Of a stretch of DNA of 64,000 bases, positions 1 through 10,430 are shown piece by piece. Made by a program: the position numbers and the translations under genes. The notes beneath the pieces are model-generated. The model searched no databases. It saw nothing but the letters and a program-made list of their open reading frames with translations, and was not told the origin of the DNA. The stretch's first letter is position 1, and each line of letters opens with the position of its first letter. Source of the DNA: Clostridia bacterium (GTDB lineage: Bacteria > Bacillota > Clostridia > TANB77 > CAG-508); assembly GCA_045643205.1 (NCBI GenBank), contig JAZUKI010000006.1, positions 1-64,000 of the forward strand. The letters run 5' to 3'.

Positions 1-318
1 AACAATCTTGCCCTTAAGTTCTCTTGGTCTGCCACAAACAACCGCAAAATATGTTTTGTCAAAATCGCCATTTTTCATTTGTTCTGAAAGTCTTGATGCA
101 GCTTTGCTTGTTTTTGCAAAAACCATAGCACCACCAGTTGGTCTATCAAGTCTATGAACAAGCCCAACAAAAGCCTCTCCTGGTTTATTATATTTTTCTT
201 TAATATAGTCTTTAACCATACTTAGCATATCCAAATCACCAGTTTTATCACCTTGTGAAGGAATGTTAAATGGTTTTTCTACTACAATTATTTGATTATC
301 TTCGTATAAAACTTTCAT
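1..318 (-). CDS. RluA-family pseudouridine synthase (N-terminal part, runs off window)
   Basis: Not in the ORF track. Manual translation from ATG at 318: MKVLYEDNQIIVVEKPFNIPSQGD...GLVHRLDRPTGGAMVFAKTSKAA; HRLD is the catalytic motif. Confidence 0.92.
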   Translation of the reverse strand, partial: MKVLYEDNQIIVVEKPFNIPSQGDKTGDLDMLSMVKDYIKEKYNKPGEAFVGLVHRLDRPTGGAMVFAKTSKAASRLSEQMKNGDFDKTYFAVVCGRPRELKGKIV

Positions 319-327
319 AGGTATCCT

Positions 328-888
328 TTACTTTTTTGATATATTAAATGATATAAAATTTCTGAATTCACTATCTTGTGTAGTCTTCTCAAAGAAATTA
401 TATTCATCTACAATCTCTGTATTTTTTACTAAACTTCCATCTTTATTGAAGAAATTAGAAGCATCTTTTAAATCTATTTCAATATAGAAATTATTATCAT
501 ATTTATATAATAATTTAATTTTTTTATTTTCTTGTTTATATTTAAATCTTTTATTAAATATGCCTACTTCATTTAGTCCATCATAATCGCTATATGAATC
601 ATAAATATTTTCATTTTTTGCATTAAGAAATACTCTAATTCCAAAATCTAAATCATAATTTTCAAACTCGTATTTTTTATCGTAATAAGAAACAAATTTA
701 TATCCGCTTTCTGAACGTCCAATCTTCTTTGATTTTAAATCAATTTTATATTCTCCGATTTCAAATTGAGTTTCTGTAAAACCTTCATTATTTTCTTTAT
801 TATTTTTTATTGCTATAATTACTACAGTAGCAATAATTACAACTATAACAGCTGCTAAAACTAATGTTATTATTCTTTTCTTATTCAT
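328..888 (-). CDS. hypothetical N-terminally membrane-anchored protein
   Basis: Start moved to ATG 888 (AAGGAG RBS upstream); MNKKR followed by a hydrophobic helix; no recognisable domain. Confidence 0.7.
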   Translation of the reverse strand: MNKKRIITLVLAAVIVVIIATVVIIAIKNNKENNEGFTETQFEIGEYKIDLKSKKIGRSESGYKFVSYYDKKYEFENYDLDFGIRVFLNAKNENIYDSYSDYDGLNEVGIFNKRFKYKQENKKIKLLYKYDNNFYIEIDLKDASNFFNKDGSLVKNTEIVDEYNFFEKTTQDSEFRNFISFNISKK

Positions 889-898
889 TTTTTCTCCT

Positions 899-1783
899 TT
901 ATTTGGATTCCCATCTTCCGTATATTCCACATGGTAAAACTAATTTTGAATTAGTCATTGGTAATCCAATTTCACCATTTTCAAATTTTCCTTGTGCTTT
1001 GCATGATTTTTCAAAATTCATTCTTAATATATTTTCTAAAACTTGTGATGAAATTCCAGTTGTATATGAATTAATTAAAAAGAATAATGGTTCATCTGAT
1101 AAAACTTGCATACAAAGTTCAATTAAATCTTCAATATTTTCTTCAAACTTCCAAACCTCACCATTTTTTCCTCTTCCATAAGATGGTGGGTCCATTATAA
1201 TTGCATCGTATTTATTGCCTCTTCTTATTTCTCTATTAACAAATTTTACAACATCATCTATTAAAAATCTAACTTTTTTATCTTGTAGTCCTGATGAAAC
1301 AACATTTTCTTTAGCCCATTCCACCATTCCTTTTGAACTATCAATATGGGCAACTTCTGCACCTGCTGATAAACAAGCAACTGTAGCTCCACCTGTATAA
1401 GCAAACAAATTCAAAACTTTAATATCTCTCTTTGTTTTTTCTTTTTCATTTTTAATTTTATCAATCATCCAATCCCAGTTAACTGCTTGCTCAGGAAACA
1501 ATCCTGTGTGCTTAAATCCCATAGGTTTTATATTAAATGTTAAATTTTTATATTTTACTTGCCATGACTTAGGAAGTTTTGTTTTATAATTCCATTCACC
1601 ACCACCTGTTGAACTTCTTCTATAAACTGCATTTGCTTTATCCCATTTATTAGAAAAACTTTTTTCTTTCCAAATAATTTGTGGATCTGGTCTTACTAAA
1701 ACTATATCATTCCATCTTTCTAGTTTTTCACCATTAGCCATATCAAGTATTTCATAATCTTTCCAATCATTTGCTACTTTCAT
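899..1783 (-). CDS. class I SAM-dependent (RlmI/RlmK-like) methyltransferase
   Basis: Motifs TGLFPEQ, VLNLFAYTGG and DPPSY. Confidence 0.85.
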   Translation of the reverse strand: MKVANDWKDYEILDMANGEKLERWNDIVLVRPDPQIIWKEKSFSNKWDKANAVYRRSSTGGGEWNYKTKLPKSWQVKYKNLTFNIKPMGFKHTGLFPEQAVNWDWMIDKIKNEKEKTKRDIKVLNLFAYTGGATVACLSAGAEVAHIDSSKGMVEWAKENVVSSGLQDKKVRFLIDDVVKFVNREIRRGNKYDAIIMDPPSYGRGKNGEVWKFEENIEDLIELCMQVLSDEPLFFLINSYTTGISSQVLENILRMNFEKSCKAQGKFENGEIGLPMTNSKLVLPCGIYGRWESK

Positions 1784-1834
1784 TAATCTCTTCCCTTTAT
1801 TTTCCTAGCTATAATTTATTTTTTATCTTCTTAG

Positions 1835-3727
1835 CTATAATTCATTTTTTATTTTTCTGGCTAAATCTTTGTTAATTCCTTTAACAGATATTAACTCATC
1901 TATACTTGCTTCTTTAATTTTTTCAACACTTTCAAAATATTTTAAAAGTGCTTTTTTCTTTGCTTCTCCGATTCCTTGAATATCATCTAATGATGATTTT
2001 GACATTGATTGATCACGAAGCATTTTATGATATCCAATTGCCGCTTCATGCACTGTATCTTGGAATCGAGTAATTAGTAAAAACAATTCTTCACTAATTT
2101 CTTTTTCTATTCTATCTTCTCCGATTAAAGCTCTAGTTTGGTGTTTATCATTCTTAACCATTCCATAAACATTTATATTCAAATTAATTCCAGTTTCTTT
2201 TTCTATTTCTTTAATTGCTGATTTTATAGCTTTAATTTGTGTAATACCACCATCTGCCAAAATTAAATCCGGCAATCTGCCAAAATTACTCTTATTACTT
2301 GAATAATCATATTTTTCTTTAATATCTTCTGGCAATTTGTTTAAATGTTCTTTATCAATTTCTTCTAGCTTAATAGAATGTCTAAGTCTTCTTGAAACAG
2401 TTTCTTGCATACTTCTTGGATCATCTTGCCCGAAAACCGTTTTAATTTTAAACTTTCTTGTTAAATTCTTTTTGATAATTCCATCCATCATTACACACAT
2501 AGCTGAAACCATATATTCGCCTGAAATATTTGAAATATCATAAGATTCAATTTTATTAGGAAGCTTTTTTAATTCAAGTACTTGTTTTAATTCAAGAACT
2601 AAATTCTTATTTGCCTTTTCTTTATTATCAAGTGTAATTCTTGCATTGTTTTCCGCCATTTCAACAAGTTTTGCTTTTTCACCTTTTTGTGGAACCTTAA
2701 TTTCCACTTTTCTTTCAGCAATTGTTGATAAGTACTCTTGTAGTAATTCTTTTTCTTCAAAGTCGTTTCTTATCATTATCTTGTTAGGTAGAATTGTTCT
2801 TCCTGTATAATATTGTTTTATAAAATCAGCAATAATTTCTTCATCTGATTCATCAATCATATCTTTCAAAAAGAAATTATCTCTTCCAATCATTTTACTA
2901 TTTCTAATATAAAATATTTGTACACAAACTGTTTTGCTATCATCAATTCTTCCTATTCCAATAACATCAATGTCATTGTCAGAAATGTTTGAAACCTTTT
3001 GCCTTTGAGATATGCTTTCTACTGCCATCAATTGGTCTCTATAATTTGCAGCTTTTTCAAATTGCATTTTATCTGATGCTTCTTGCATTTTTACTTTTAA
3101 TTCTTTTTCAACTGCATTTACATTTCCATCTAAAATTGAACAAATTTGTTTGATATTTTCTCTATATTCTTCTTTAGAAACATAGTTCATACATGGTGCT
3201 GAACATTTTTTTATATGATAATTTAAACATGCTCTATCTTTATATTTAAAGTTTTTGCATCTTCTAATTAAGAATTTATCTTTAATGAATTCTGCTGTTT
3301 CATTTGCTGCTGTACTACTAGCATAAGGTCCAAAATATCTTGCGCCATCATTCATTATTTTTCTTGTTATCCAAACACCTGGATAGTCATCTTTTACATT
3401 AATTTTTATATATGGGTATGTTTTGTCATCTTTTAATAATACATTAAATTTAGGCATGTTTTTCTTGATTAAATTACATTCCAAAATTAATGCTTCTTGT
3501 TCATTATCGACCACTATATACTCAAAATGGTCAATTAAAGCAACCATATTTAAAATTCTTTGAGTCTTATTAGTCTTTCTAAAATATGAAGTTACTCTAC
3601 GTTTTAAATTAACAGCCTTGCCTACATAAATAATGTTGTCATTTTTATCGTGCATTATGTAACAACCTGGCTTATTTGGTAACTTTTTTAGTTCTTCTTC
3701 AATATCAAAAACCTTATTTTTCATCAT
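1835..3727 (-). CDS. uvrC: excinuclease ABC subunit C
   Basis: GIY-YIG (PGCY...IYVGKA), UVR domain, ESYDISN, ADGG, C-terminal HhH. Start moved downstream of the promoter at 3766-3794; exact Met uncertain. Confidence 0.95.
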   Translation of the reverse strand: MMKNKVFDIEEELKKLPNKPGCYIMHDKNDNIIYVGKAVNLKRRVTSYFRKTNKTQRILNMVALIDHFEYIVVDNEQEALILECNLIKKNMPKFNVLLKDDKTYPYIKINVKDDYPGVWITRKIMNDGARYFGPYASSTAANETAEFIKDKFLIRRCKNFKYKDRACLNYHIKKCSAPCMNYVSKEEYRENIKQICSILDGNVNAVEKELKVKMQEASDKMQFEKAANYRDQLMAVESISQRQKVSNISDNDIDVIGIGRIDDSKTVCVQIFYIRNSKMIGRDNFFLKDMIDESDEEIIADFIKQYYTGRTILPNKIMIRNDFEEKELLQEYLSTIAERKVEIKVPQKGEKAKLVEMAENNARITLDNKEKANKNLVLELKQVLELKKLPNKIESYDISNISGEYMVSAMCVMMDGIIKKNLTRKFKIKTVFGQDDPRSMQETVSRRLRHSIKLEEIDKEHLNKLPEDIKEKYDYSSNKSNFGRLPDLILADGGITQIKAIKSAIKEIEKETGINLNINVYGMVKNDKHQTRALIGEDRIEKEISEELFLLITRFQDTVHEAAIGYHKMLRDQSMSKSSLDDIQGIGEAKKKALLKYFESVEKIKEASIDELISVKGINKDLARKIKNEL

Positions 3728-3765
3728 TCTCATTACAGGCATCTTAAATGTGCCAATACACATAA

Positions 3766-3794
3766 ATTATACTAAAAATCATGATTTCTGTCAA
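3766..3794 (-). promoter_or_regulatory. sigma-A promoter of uvrC
   Basis: TTGACA-N17-TATAAT on the minus strand. Confidence 0.75.
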
Positions 3795-3905
3795 TTTTTT
3801 CCATTTCATTTCACTTTTGTCACATTTATTGATAAATTACTGATTTTATTGTAGAATTGTCCAATAATTACTTAGAAAATTTTGCAAAAGAAAGGAATAA
3901 AAATT

Positions 3906-5801
3906 ATGTGCGGAATTGTAGGATACGTTGGTTCAAAAAGAGCTGTTCCTGTATTAATTAATGGATTACTTTCATTAGAATATAGAGGCTATGACTCAGC
4001 TGGACTAGCTGTTTTAAATAAAAAAGATTCTAATCATTCTATAGATATATTTAAAAATCAAGGACGTGTTAAGAATCTTACTGATAAATTTGATTTAGAT
4101 AGTGTTGATTCAACAATAGGTATTGCTCACACTAGATGGGCTACTCATGGTAAACCATCAGATACTAATGCTCACCCTCATCTTGATAACAGCAAAACAT
4201 TTGCAGTAGTTCATAATGGAATTATTGAAAATTATGATAAAGTTAAGAAATTTCTTATTTCTAATGGATATACATTATATTCAGAAACAGATACTGAAGT
4301 TATTCCTAACTTAGTACATTATTATTATAAAAAATTAACAGTAGATTCAGAATTTAAGCAAGCTCAAATTCTTACATTCTCTATGAATCCATCTTCTGTT
4401 GATGATGTTTTATTAGCTCTAAGATGTGCTACAAAAGATTTAACAGGAAGTTATGCTATAGAATTAATTACATCTTTCAATCAAGATGTAATTTATATAG
4501 CTAAAAAAGATTCACCAATGGTAATAGGCGCAGGTGAAGGCGAAAACTTTATTGCTTCAGATATCCCTGCAATACTTCAACACACAAAGAACTTTTATTT
4601 CATTGAAGATGGTGAAATTGGAATTATAAAACCTGATGGCGTAACTTTGTTTAATAGTTCTTTAGAAAAAATTAACAAAGAATTAAAGAGCATTGAATGG
4701 GACGCAGAAGCTAGTGAAAAGAATGGTTTTGATGATTACATGCTTAAAGAAATATTTGAGCAACCAAGTGCAATTAGAGAAACAATTGGAACATCAATCG
4801 TTGATAATAATGTTTCACTTCCTGAACTAAATGATTTAGATTTAAATAACTTTGATAAAATGTACATAGTTGCTTGTGGTACTGCAATGCATGCTGGCCT
4901 TGCAACAAAATCTATATTTGAGAACTTAGCACACATTCCTGCTACAGTTGATATGGCTTCAGAATTTAGATATCGCAATCCTTTGATTGATGATAAAACT
5001 CTTTGTGTTTTTATATCACAATCTGGTGAAACAGCTGATACAATTGCAGCTCTTAAACTTGCTAAGGAACAAGGTGCTACAACAATTTCAATAGTAAATG
5101 TTATTGGAAGTTCTATAACTAGAGTTTCAGACTATGTTCTATACACACATGCAGGCCCAGAAATTGCTGTTGCTTCAACAAAAGCATTTACATGCCAAGT
5201 AACAACTTTATCAATACTTGCAATGTATATGGCTACAAAACGTTTAGGAAATTCAATGGATGCTCAAATACATAATTTATGTAAAGAACTTTCAAGCATT
5301 TCTGATAAAGTAAAAATAATTTTAGATAATTGTGAAGAAATAAAAAAATTAGCAAAAGAATTATATCAACGTAAAGATATCTATTTTACAGGTAGAGGTT
5401 ATGACGCTTATGTTGCAACTGAAGCTGCTTTAAAATTAAAAGAAATCTCATATATTCATGCTGATTCTTATCCTTCAGGTGAATTTAAGCATGGTCCGAT
5501 TGCTTTAATAGAAAAAGATGTACCTGTTATAGGAATTGCAACTAATGAAGATATTAATAGTAAAACTGTAAGCAATTTACTAGAATTATTGACTAGAGGT
5601 GCTAATGTAGTTTTAGTTACTAACAAAAATATTGAGAATCCTGAAATTCAACATATCGTTAAAATTCCAGAATGTTCTCCTCTATTTTCAAGTATTTTAG
5701 CTATTATTCCTTTACAACTACTTGCATACTATGTTGCAAAAGAAAAAGGATTAGATGTAGATAAACCTCGTAACTTAGCAAAATCAGTTACAGTTGAATA
5801 A
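3906..5801 (+). CDS. glmS: glutamine--fructose-6-phosphate aminotransferase
   Basis: MCGIVG N-terminal nucleophile start, EYRGYDSAG, HTRWATHG, SQSGET, C-terminal PRNLAKSVTVE. Confidence 0.98.
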   Translation: MCGIVGYVGSKRAVPVLINGLLSLEYRGYDSAGLAVLNKKDSNHSIDIFKNQGRVKNLTDKFDLDSVDSTIGIAHTRWATHGKPSDTNAHPHLDNSKTFAVVHNGIIENYDKVKKFLISNGYTLYSETDTEVIPNLVHYYYKKLTVDSEFKQAQILTFSMNPSSVDDVLLALRCATKDLTGSYAIELITSFNQDVIYIAKKDSPMVIGAGEGENFIASDIPAILQHTKNFYFIEDGEIGIIKPDGVTLFNSSLEKINKELKSIEWDAEASEKNGFDDYMLKEIFEQPSAIRETIGTSIVDNNVSLPELNDLDLNNFDKMYIVACGTAMHAGLATKSIFENLAHIPATVDMASEFRYRNPLIDDKTLCVFISQSGETADTIAALKLAKEQGATTISIVNVIGSSITRVSDYVLYTHAGPEIAVASTKAFTCQVTTLSILAMYMATKRLGNSMDAQIHNLCKELSSISDKVKIILDNCEEIKKLAKELYQRKDIYFTGRGYDAYVATEAALKLKEISYIHADSYPSGEFKHGPIALIEKDVPVIGIATNEDINSKTVSNLLELLTRGANVVLVTNKNIENPEIQHIVKIPECSPLFSSILAIIPLQLLAYYVAKEKGLDVDKPRNLAKSVTVE

Positions 5802-5811
5802 GTTTTATCTC

Positions 5812-5840
5812 TTGAAAATAAAGGTTTTTCGTGGTAAAAT
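5812..5840 (+). promoter_or_regulatory. sigma-A promoter of serS
   Basis: TTGAAA-N17-TAAAAT with TG extension. Confidence 0.55.
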
Positions 5841-5927
5841 CTACATGTCTTTTTCAACAGATAAAACAAGTATAATTATTACTTATACCTATTTTAAATA
5901 CATAAGTTGAAAAGAAGGGAGTTTACT

Positions 5928-7214
5928 ATGATTGATATCAAATTTTTAAGAGAAAATCCTGACATTGTTAAAGAAAATATCAAGAATAAGTTTCAGGACA
6001 AAAAATTGCCATTAGTCGATGAAGTTATCGAACTAGACAAAAAAAGTAGAGAAGTTACTAAGAAGGATGATGATTTAAGATCACAAAGAAATTCTTTAAG
6101 TGACCAAATTGGTGGTTTAATGAAAGAAGGCAAAAAAGACGAAGCTGAACAAATTAAAGCACAAGTCAAGGAAATTAACTCCCAACTTGACGAAAATGAA
6201 AAATTAGAGTCTGAATATGCTGAAGAAATTAAGAAAAGAATGATGTTAATTCCTAACATCATGGATAAATCAGTTCCTATTGGAAAAGATGATAGTGAAA
6301 ACGTTGAAAACGAGAAATTTGGAGATCCTGTAGTTCCAGATTATGAAATTCCATATCATGCAGATATTATTGCTAAATATAATGGAATGGATAAAGAATC
6401 TGCTGGTAGAACATCTGGTGAGGGTTTCTACTACCTAACAGGTGATATTGCTAGATTACATTCAGCAATGCTTTCATATGCTAGAGATTTCATGATTGAT
6501 AAAGGATTTACATATTGTGTTCCTCCATTCATGATTAGACATGATGTTGTTGATGGCGTTATGAGTTTCGAAGAAATGGATGCTATGATGTATAAAGTTG
6601 AAGGTGAAGATCTTTACTTAATTGGTACTTCAGAGCACTCAATGATTGGAAGATATAAAGGACAAATGGTAAATGAAAATCAACTACCTATTACTTTAAC
6701 ATCATACTCTCCATGCTTTAGAAAAGAAGGCGGATCTCATGGTCTTGAAGAAAGAGGTTTATATAGAGTTCATCAATTCGAAAAAGAAGAAATGATTGTT
6801 ATTTGTAAACCTGAAGATTCAATGAGCTGGTATGAAAAAATGTGGAAGATGACTGTTGAATTTTTCAGAAGTTTAGATGTTCCTGTTAGAACTCTTGAAT
6901 GTTGTTCTGGAGATTTAGCTGATCTTAAAGTTAAATCTTGTGACATTGAAGCTTGGTCTCCTCGTCAACAAAAATACTTTGAAGTTGGAAGCTGTTCTAC
7001 ATTAGGTGATGCTCAAGCAAGACGTTTAGGAATTAGAGTTAAGAGCGAAAAAGGAAATTATCTAGCTCATACTTTAAATAATACTGTTGTTGCTACACCT
7101 AGAGGATTAATTGCAGTTCTTGAAAACAACTATAATGAAGATGGAAGTTTATCTATACCAAAAGTTTTACAACCTTACATGGGTGGTAAAGAAAAGATTC
7201 TTCCAAAAGAATAA
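5928..7214 (+). CDS. serS: serine--tRNA ligase
   Basis: MIDIKFLREN start, coiled-coil arm, GTSE, FRKE, RVHQFEK, HTLN. Confidence 0.97.
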   Translation: MIDIKFLRENPDIVKENIKNKFQDKKLPLVDEVIELDKKSREVTKKDDDLRSQRNSLSDQIGGLMKEGKKDEAEQIKAQVKEINSQLDENEKLESEYAEEIKKRMMLIPNIMDKSVPIGKDDSENVENEKFGDPVVPDYEIPYHADIIAKYNGMDKESAGRTSGEGFYYLTGDIARLHSAMLSYARDFMIDKGFTYCVPPFMIRHDVVDGVMSFEEMDAMMYKVEGEDLYLIGTSEHSMIGRYKGQMVNENQLPITLTSYSPCFRKEGGSHGLEERGLYRVHQFEKEEMIVICKPEDSMSWYEKMWKMTVEFFRSLDVPVRTLECCSGDLADLKVKSCDIEAWSPRQQKYFEVGSCSTLGDAQARRLGIRVKSEKGNYLAHTLNNTVVATPRGLIAVLENNYNEDGSLSIPKVLQPYMGGKEKILPKE

Positions 7215-7293
7215 TATAAATAATATTAAAACTTATATAACGGCAGATTATTAACTTAGTCTGCCGCTATAATTTATATGATTGGAGGTTACT

Positions 7294-7905
7294 ATGATTA
7301 TTAAAAATTCTGAATTTACTATTTCAGCTGTTAGTCCAAAACAATATCCAAATGACGAACTTCCTGAAATTGTTTTAGTAGGAAAATCAAATGTTGGAAA
7401 ATCATCATTTATTAATACATTAATTAATAGAAAAAACTTAGCTAGAACAAGTAGTGAGCCTGGAAAAACAAGATTAATTAATTTTTATAAAATAACTTAT
7501 TCTCCAGTTAAAGATGCAGATAGTGAACAATTCTATTTTGTCGATTTACCTGGATATGGATATAGTAAGATGTCTCATTCTCAACAAGTTGAAGTTGGAA
7601 ATTTTATTGAACAATATTTAGTAAAAAGTAAAAAGATTAAATTAGTCGTTTTATTAATTGATATTCGTCATGATCCAACTGCTGATGATAAAATGATGTA
7701 TGACTATATAATTAAAAACAATATTCCTTGTGTCATAGTAGCTAATAAAGCTGACAAAATAGCAGTTACAAAGGTTGATGCACAAGTTGAAGCTTTACAA
7801 GAAACACTAAATCCTTTAAAAGATTTAAATTTTTTTCCTTTCTCTTGTGAAAGAAAAATTTATTCTGATAAAATTTATGAAATTTTAGATAATGTATTAG
7901 ATTAA
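7294..7905 (+). CDS. engB: ribosome biogenesis GTPase YsxC/EngB
   Basis: GKSNVGKSS, DLPGYG, NKAD. Confidence 0.95.
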   Translation: MIIKNSEFTISAVSPKQYPNDELPEIVLVGKSNVGKSSFINTLINRKNLARTSSEPGKTRLINFYKITYSPVKDADSEQFYFVDLPGYGYSKMSHSQQVEVGNFIEQYLVKSKKIKLVVLLIDIRHDPTADDKMMYDYIIKNNIPCVIVANKADKIAVTKVDAQVEALQETLNPLKDLNFFPFSCERKIYSDKIYEILDNVLD

Positions 7906-7913
7906 TTTAAAGT

Positions 7914-7946
7914 AAAAAAATTCCTATCATATTGATAGGAATTTTT
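7914..7946. terminator. bidirectional intrinsic terminator
   Basis: Inverted repeat aaaaaaattcctatc-atatt-gataggaatttttt between convergent genes. Confidence 0.8.
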
Positions 7947-7969
7947 TATATTTTCTTTTTATTTTTTCA

Positions 7970-8605
7970 TTAATTTTGTTCAAAGCTTTCGCTCTTTGAG
8001 CCAAATAGTCTTGCAAAAAAGCTTTTAAGTTTCTTAAAAAAGCTTGGCTTTTTAACTTCAACTAAAGCAGTATTTGTTTGATCATCAACAATTACTTGTT
8101 CACCCATTAATTGTTGATTTTTTATAGAATCTACAGCTGTTTCTTGAATATTAAAACCAATTCTTTTTTCTTCAGCTGTCTCTAGTACAACTTTGGTTGG
8201 TTTGCGCTCAACAATCATTTGTGCATTTCCATCACCACTGCTGCTTGAATTACCGAAACTAGATGTTCCTCCTATTCCTCCAGCCTTTGGTGTATTATTG
8301 TTGTCGTTTTTTTCTTGTTGTCTTGCCAATCTATCATTTTCAATAAATTTTTGTTTTAATTCATCTTTTTCTTTTTGGTCTACACACCAGTAATTATAAT
8401 ACAATAGCGCTATCAAAGATTTTGTTGTTTTTAATAATTCTTGTTGATGTAATGGAACTTTATTATTAATTTTAACAACATAATTTGGATCTTTTTTAGT
8501 ACTTATTAAGGTTTTAATTCTCTGAGGCACTCTTACATTCATATCTTCAGGAACATATTTTAGTATGTAATCCATCTCAGCATATGCTTGTGCAATATCA
8601 CTCAT
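7970..8605 (-). CDS. hypothetical protein with C-terminal amphipathic helix
   Basis: GGAGG RBS; ends KKPSFFKKLKSFFARLFG; no known domain recognised. Confidence 0.75.
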   Translation of the reverse strand: MSDIAQAYAEMDYILKYVPEDMNVRVPQRIKTLISTKKDPNYVVKINNKVPLHQQELLKTTKSLIALLYYNYWCVDQKEKDELKQKFIENDRLARQQEKNDNNNTPKAGGIGGTSSFGNSSSSGDGNAQMIVERKPTKVVLETAEEKRIGFNIQETAVDSIKNQQLMGEQVIVDDQTNTALVEVKKPSFFKKLKSFFARLFGSKSESFEQN

Positions 8606-8698
8606 TCTTTTTCCTCCGTATGGTTACAATAACCTATAATATTACACATTAATTATATAAAACCTTATGTTTCTATTCAATAACAGGTGTATTACTTT

Positions 8699-10330
8699 TT
8701 AATTGCATTTTGCTGTTTCTAATCTAGCTTGTACCTTCTCTGCCCCTAAGACTTTCATAATTTCATAAAGATCTGGTGTATTTCTTCTTCCTGTTAATGC
8801 TACTCTTATAACTGTTGAAACATCACCAACATGTCCCTTATATTTATCTGGTTCTGCCTTATAATCTTTTACTTCTCTTGCACATCCACATTTTTCTGCA
8901 ACATCTTTCATTTTGTCAAACCATGTTTGTTTATCATCAGCTAAATCATAAACTTTCATGTATTCTTCAATAATTTGTTTTGCATCATCGCCTGCAATTT
9001 TATCATAGTCATATTCTGTTGGTTCTTCAAACATATAAACAATATTATCTTTTAAATCAGACCATTTAGCTAAGTCACGTCTTGGTTTTTCGTTTCCTCT
9101 TTCAATTCCAACAACTTCTAATGCATATTCTTTTTGATCTAACATATTTTTTAATTCTTCATCATGTTTTGAAGCCCATTCATAGCCAAAATTGTAAACA
9201 GTTTGTGCATCATATCTTGAAATAACATTTTTTGAAACATCAAAAAGTTTTACCATATCAAATAATGCACCACTTACACTCATTTTATTTAATTCAAATT
9301 TGAAATCTGAAATTTTTGAATCTTTATTTTGTCTTCTCCAATTTTCAAAAGTTGAATTTGCAATATTTATTAAATATTCTTTAACTGCATCTGGTGGAAC
9401 ACCAATTTCTTCATAATATGAAACTGCAGCTTCTGGATCTTTTCTCTTGCTAAGTTTTCTCTTATTGCCATCATCCATTTTTTGAATAGGTGCAATATGA
9501 CAATACTTAGGAGCTTTGAATCCTGCTGATTGAAATAATTGTAAATGTAATGGTAATGATGATAACCATTCATCACTTCTTACAACATGTGTAGTATGCA
9601 TTAAATGATCATCTACTAAATGTGCAAAGTGATATGTTGGTAATCCATCTGATTTTATAATCGGAATATCTACATCGTTTTCTGGGAAAATAACTTTTCC
9701 TTTGATTACATCATGGCATTCTATTTTTCTATCTTCTCTTCCTGGAGATTTAAATCTTACTACATAAGGAACTCCAGCTTTAATTTTTTCAGCCATTTCT
9801 TCCAATGACAAGCTTCTGCATTTTGCCCAAACTCCATGATATCCTGGTCTAACTCCTGCTGCTTCTTGCTTATTTCTCATTTCTTCTAGGTCTTCAGCTG
9901 TGCAGAAACATGGGTAAGCACATTCTCTTTCAATCATATATTTAGCAAAACTTTGATATATTTCTTTTCTATCACTTTGTTTATATGGTCCATAATTGCC
10001 TATTTCTTCAGTTTGGCTAATCATTCCTTCATCAGGTGACATATCAAAATCTTTTAATGAGTTAATGATTCCTTCAATTCCATTTTCTACTTCTCTTTTT
10101 TGATCAGTATCTTCAATTCTTAAAAAGAATACTCCACCAGATTGATGTGCTGACATTCTTGCACATAATGCTTGATATAAGCCACCAATATGAACAAATC
10201 CTGTTGGACTTGGTGCAAATCTTGAAACAATTGCTCCTTCTGGTAAATCTCTTGCAGGATACTTCTCCTCATAGTATGTAATTGGTTTGGCATCAGGAAA
10301 TATTAAATTAGCTAACTCCTTGTAATCCAT
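8699..10330 (-). CDS. gltX: glutamate--tRNA ligase
   Basis: RFAPSPTG, HIGG, RIEDTD, KLSKR. Confidence 0.96.
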   Translation of the reverse strand: MDYKELANLIFPDAKPITYYEEKYPARDLPEGAIVSRFAPSPTGFVHIGGLYQALCARMSAHQSGGVFFLRIEDTDQKREVENGIEGIINSLKDFDMSPDEGMISQTEEIGNYGPYKQSDRKEIYQSFAKYMIERECAYPCFCTAEDLEEMRNKQEAAGVRPGYHGVWAKCRSLSLEEMAEKIKAGVPYVVRFKSPGREDRKIECHDVIKGKVIFPENDVDIPIIKSDGLPTYHFAHLVDDHLMHTTHVVRSDEWLSSLPLHLQLFQSAGFKAPKYCHIAPIQKMDDGNKRKLSKRKDPEAAVSYYEEIGVPPDAVKEYLINIANSTFENWRRQNKDSKISDFKFELNKMSVSGALFDMVKLFDVSKNVISRYDAQTVYNFGYEWASKHDEELKNMLDQKEYALEVVGIERGNEKPRRDLAKWSDLKDNIVYMFEEPTEYDYDKIAGDDAKQIIEEYMKVYDLADDKQTWFDKMKDVAEKCGCAREVKDYKAEPDKYKGHVGDVSTVIRVALTGRRNTPDLYEIMKVLGAEKVQARLETAKCN

Positions 10331-10430
10331 ATAAACCTCCTAAATTGTTTATTAAAACTTCACGAATTATACCATAAATACTGGCATTAAAGCCAGTATT
10401 TATTTGTTTTTTTATAAATTTTATCCAGTA

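Noticed and set aside
3728-3905. Extended ORF-track starts for uvrC and glmS (also plsX, acpP, hpf, mraZ, rnc, addB)
   Set aside because: They overlap promoters or RBSs; downstream starts fit family N-termini and, in most cases, SD spacing better.
5802-5927. T-box upstream of serS
   Set aside because: Leader too short and no GGTGGNACC motif.
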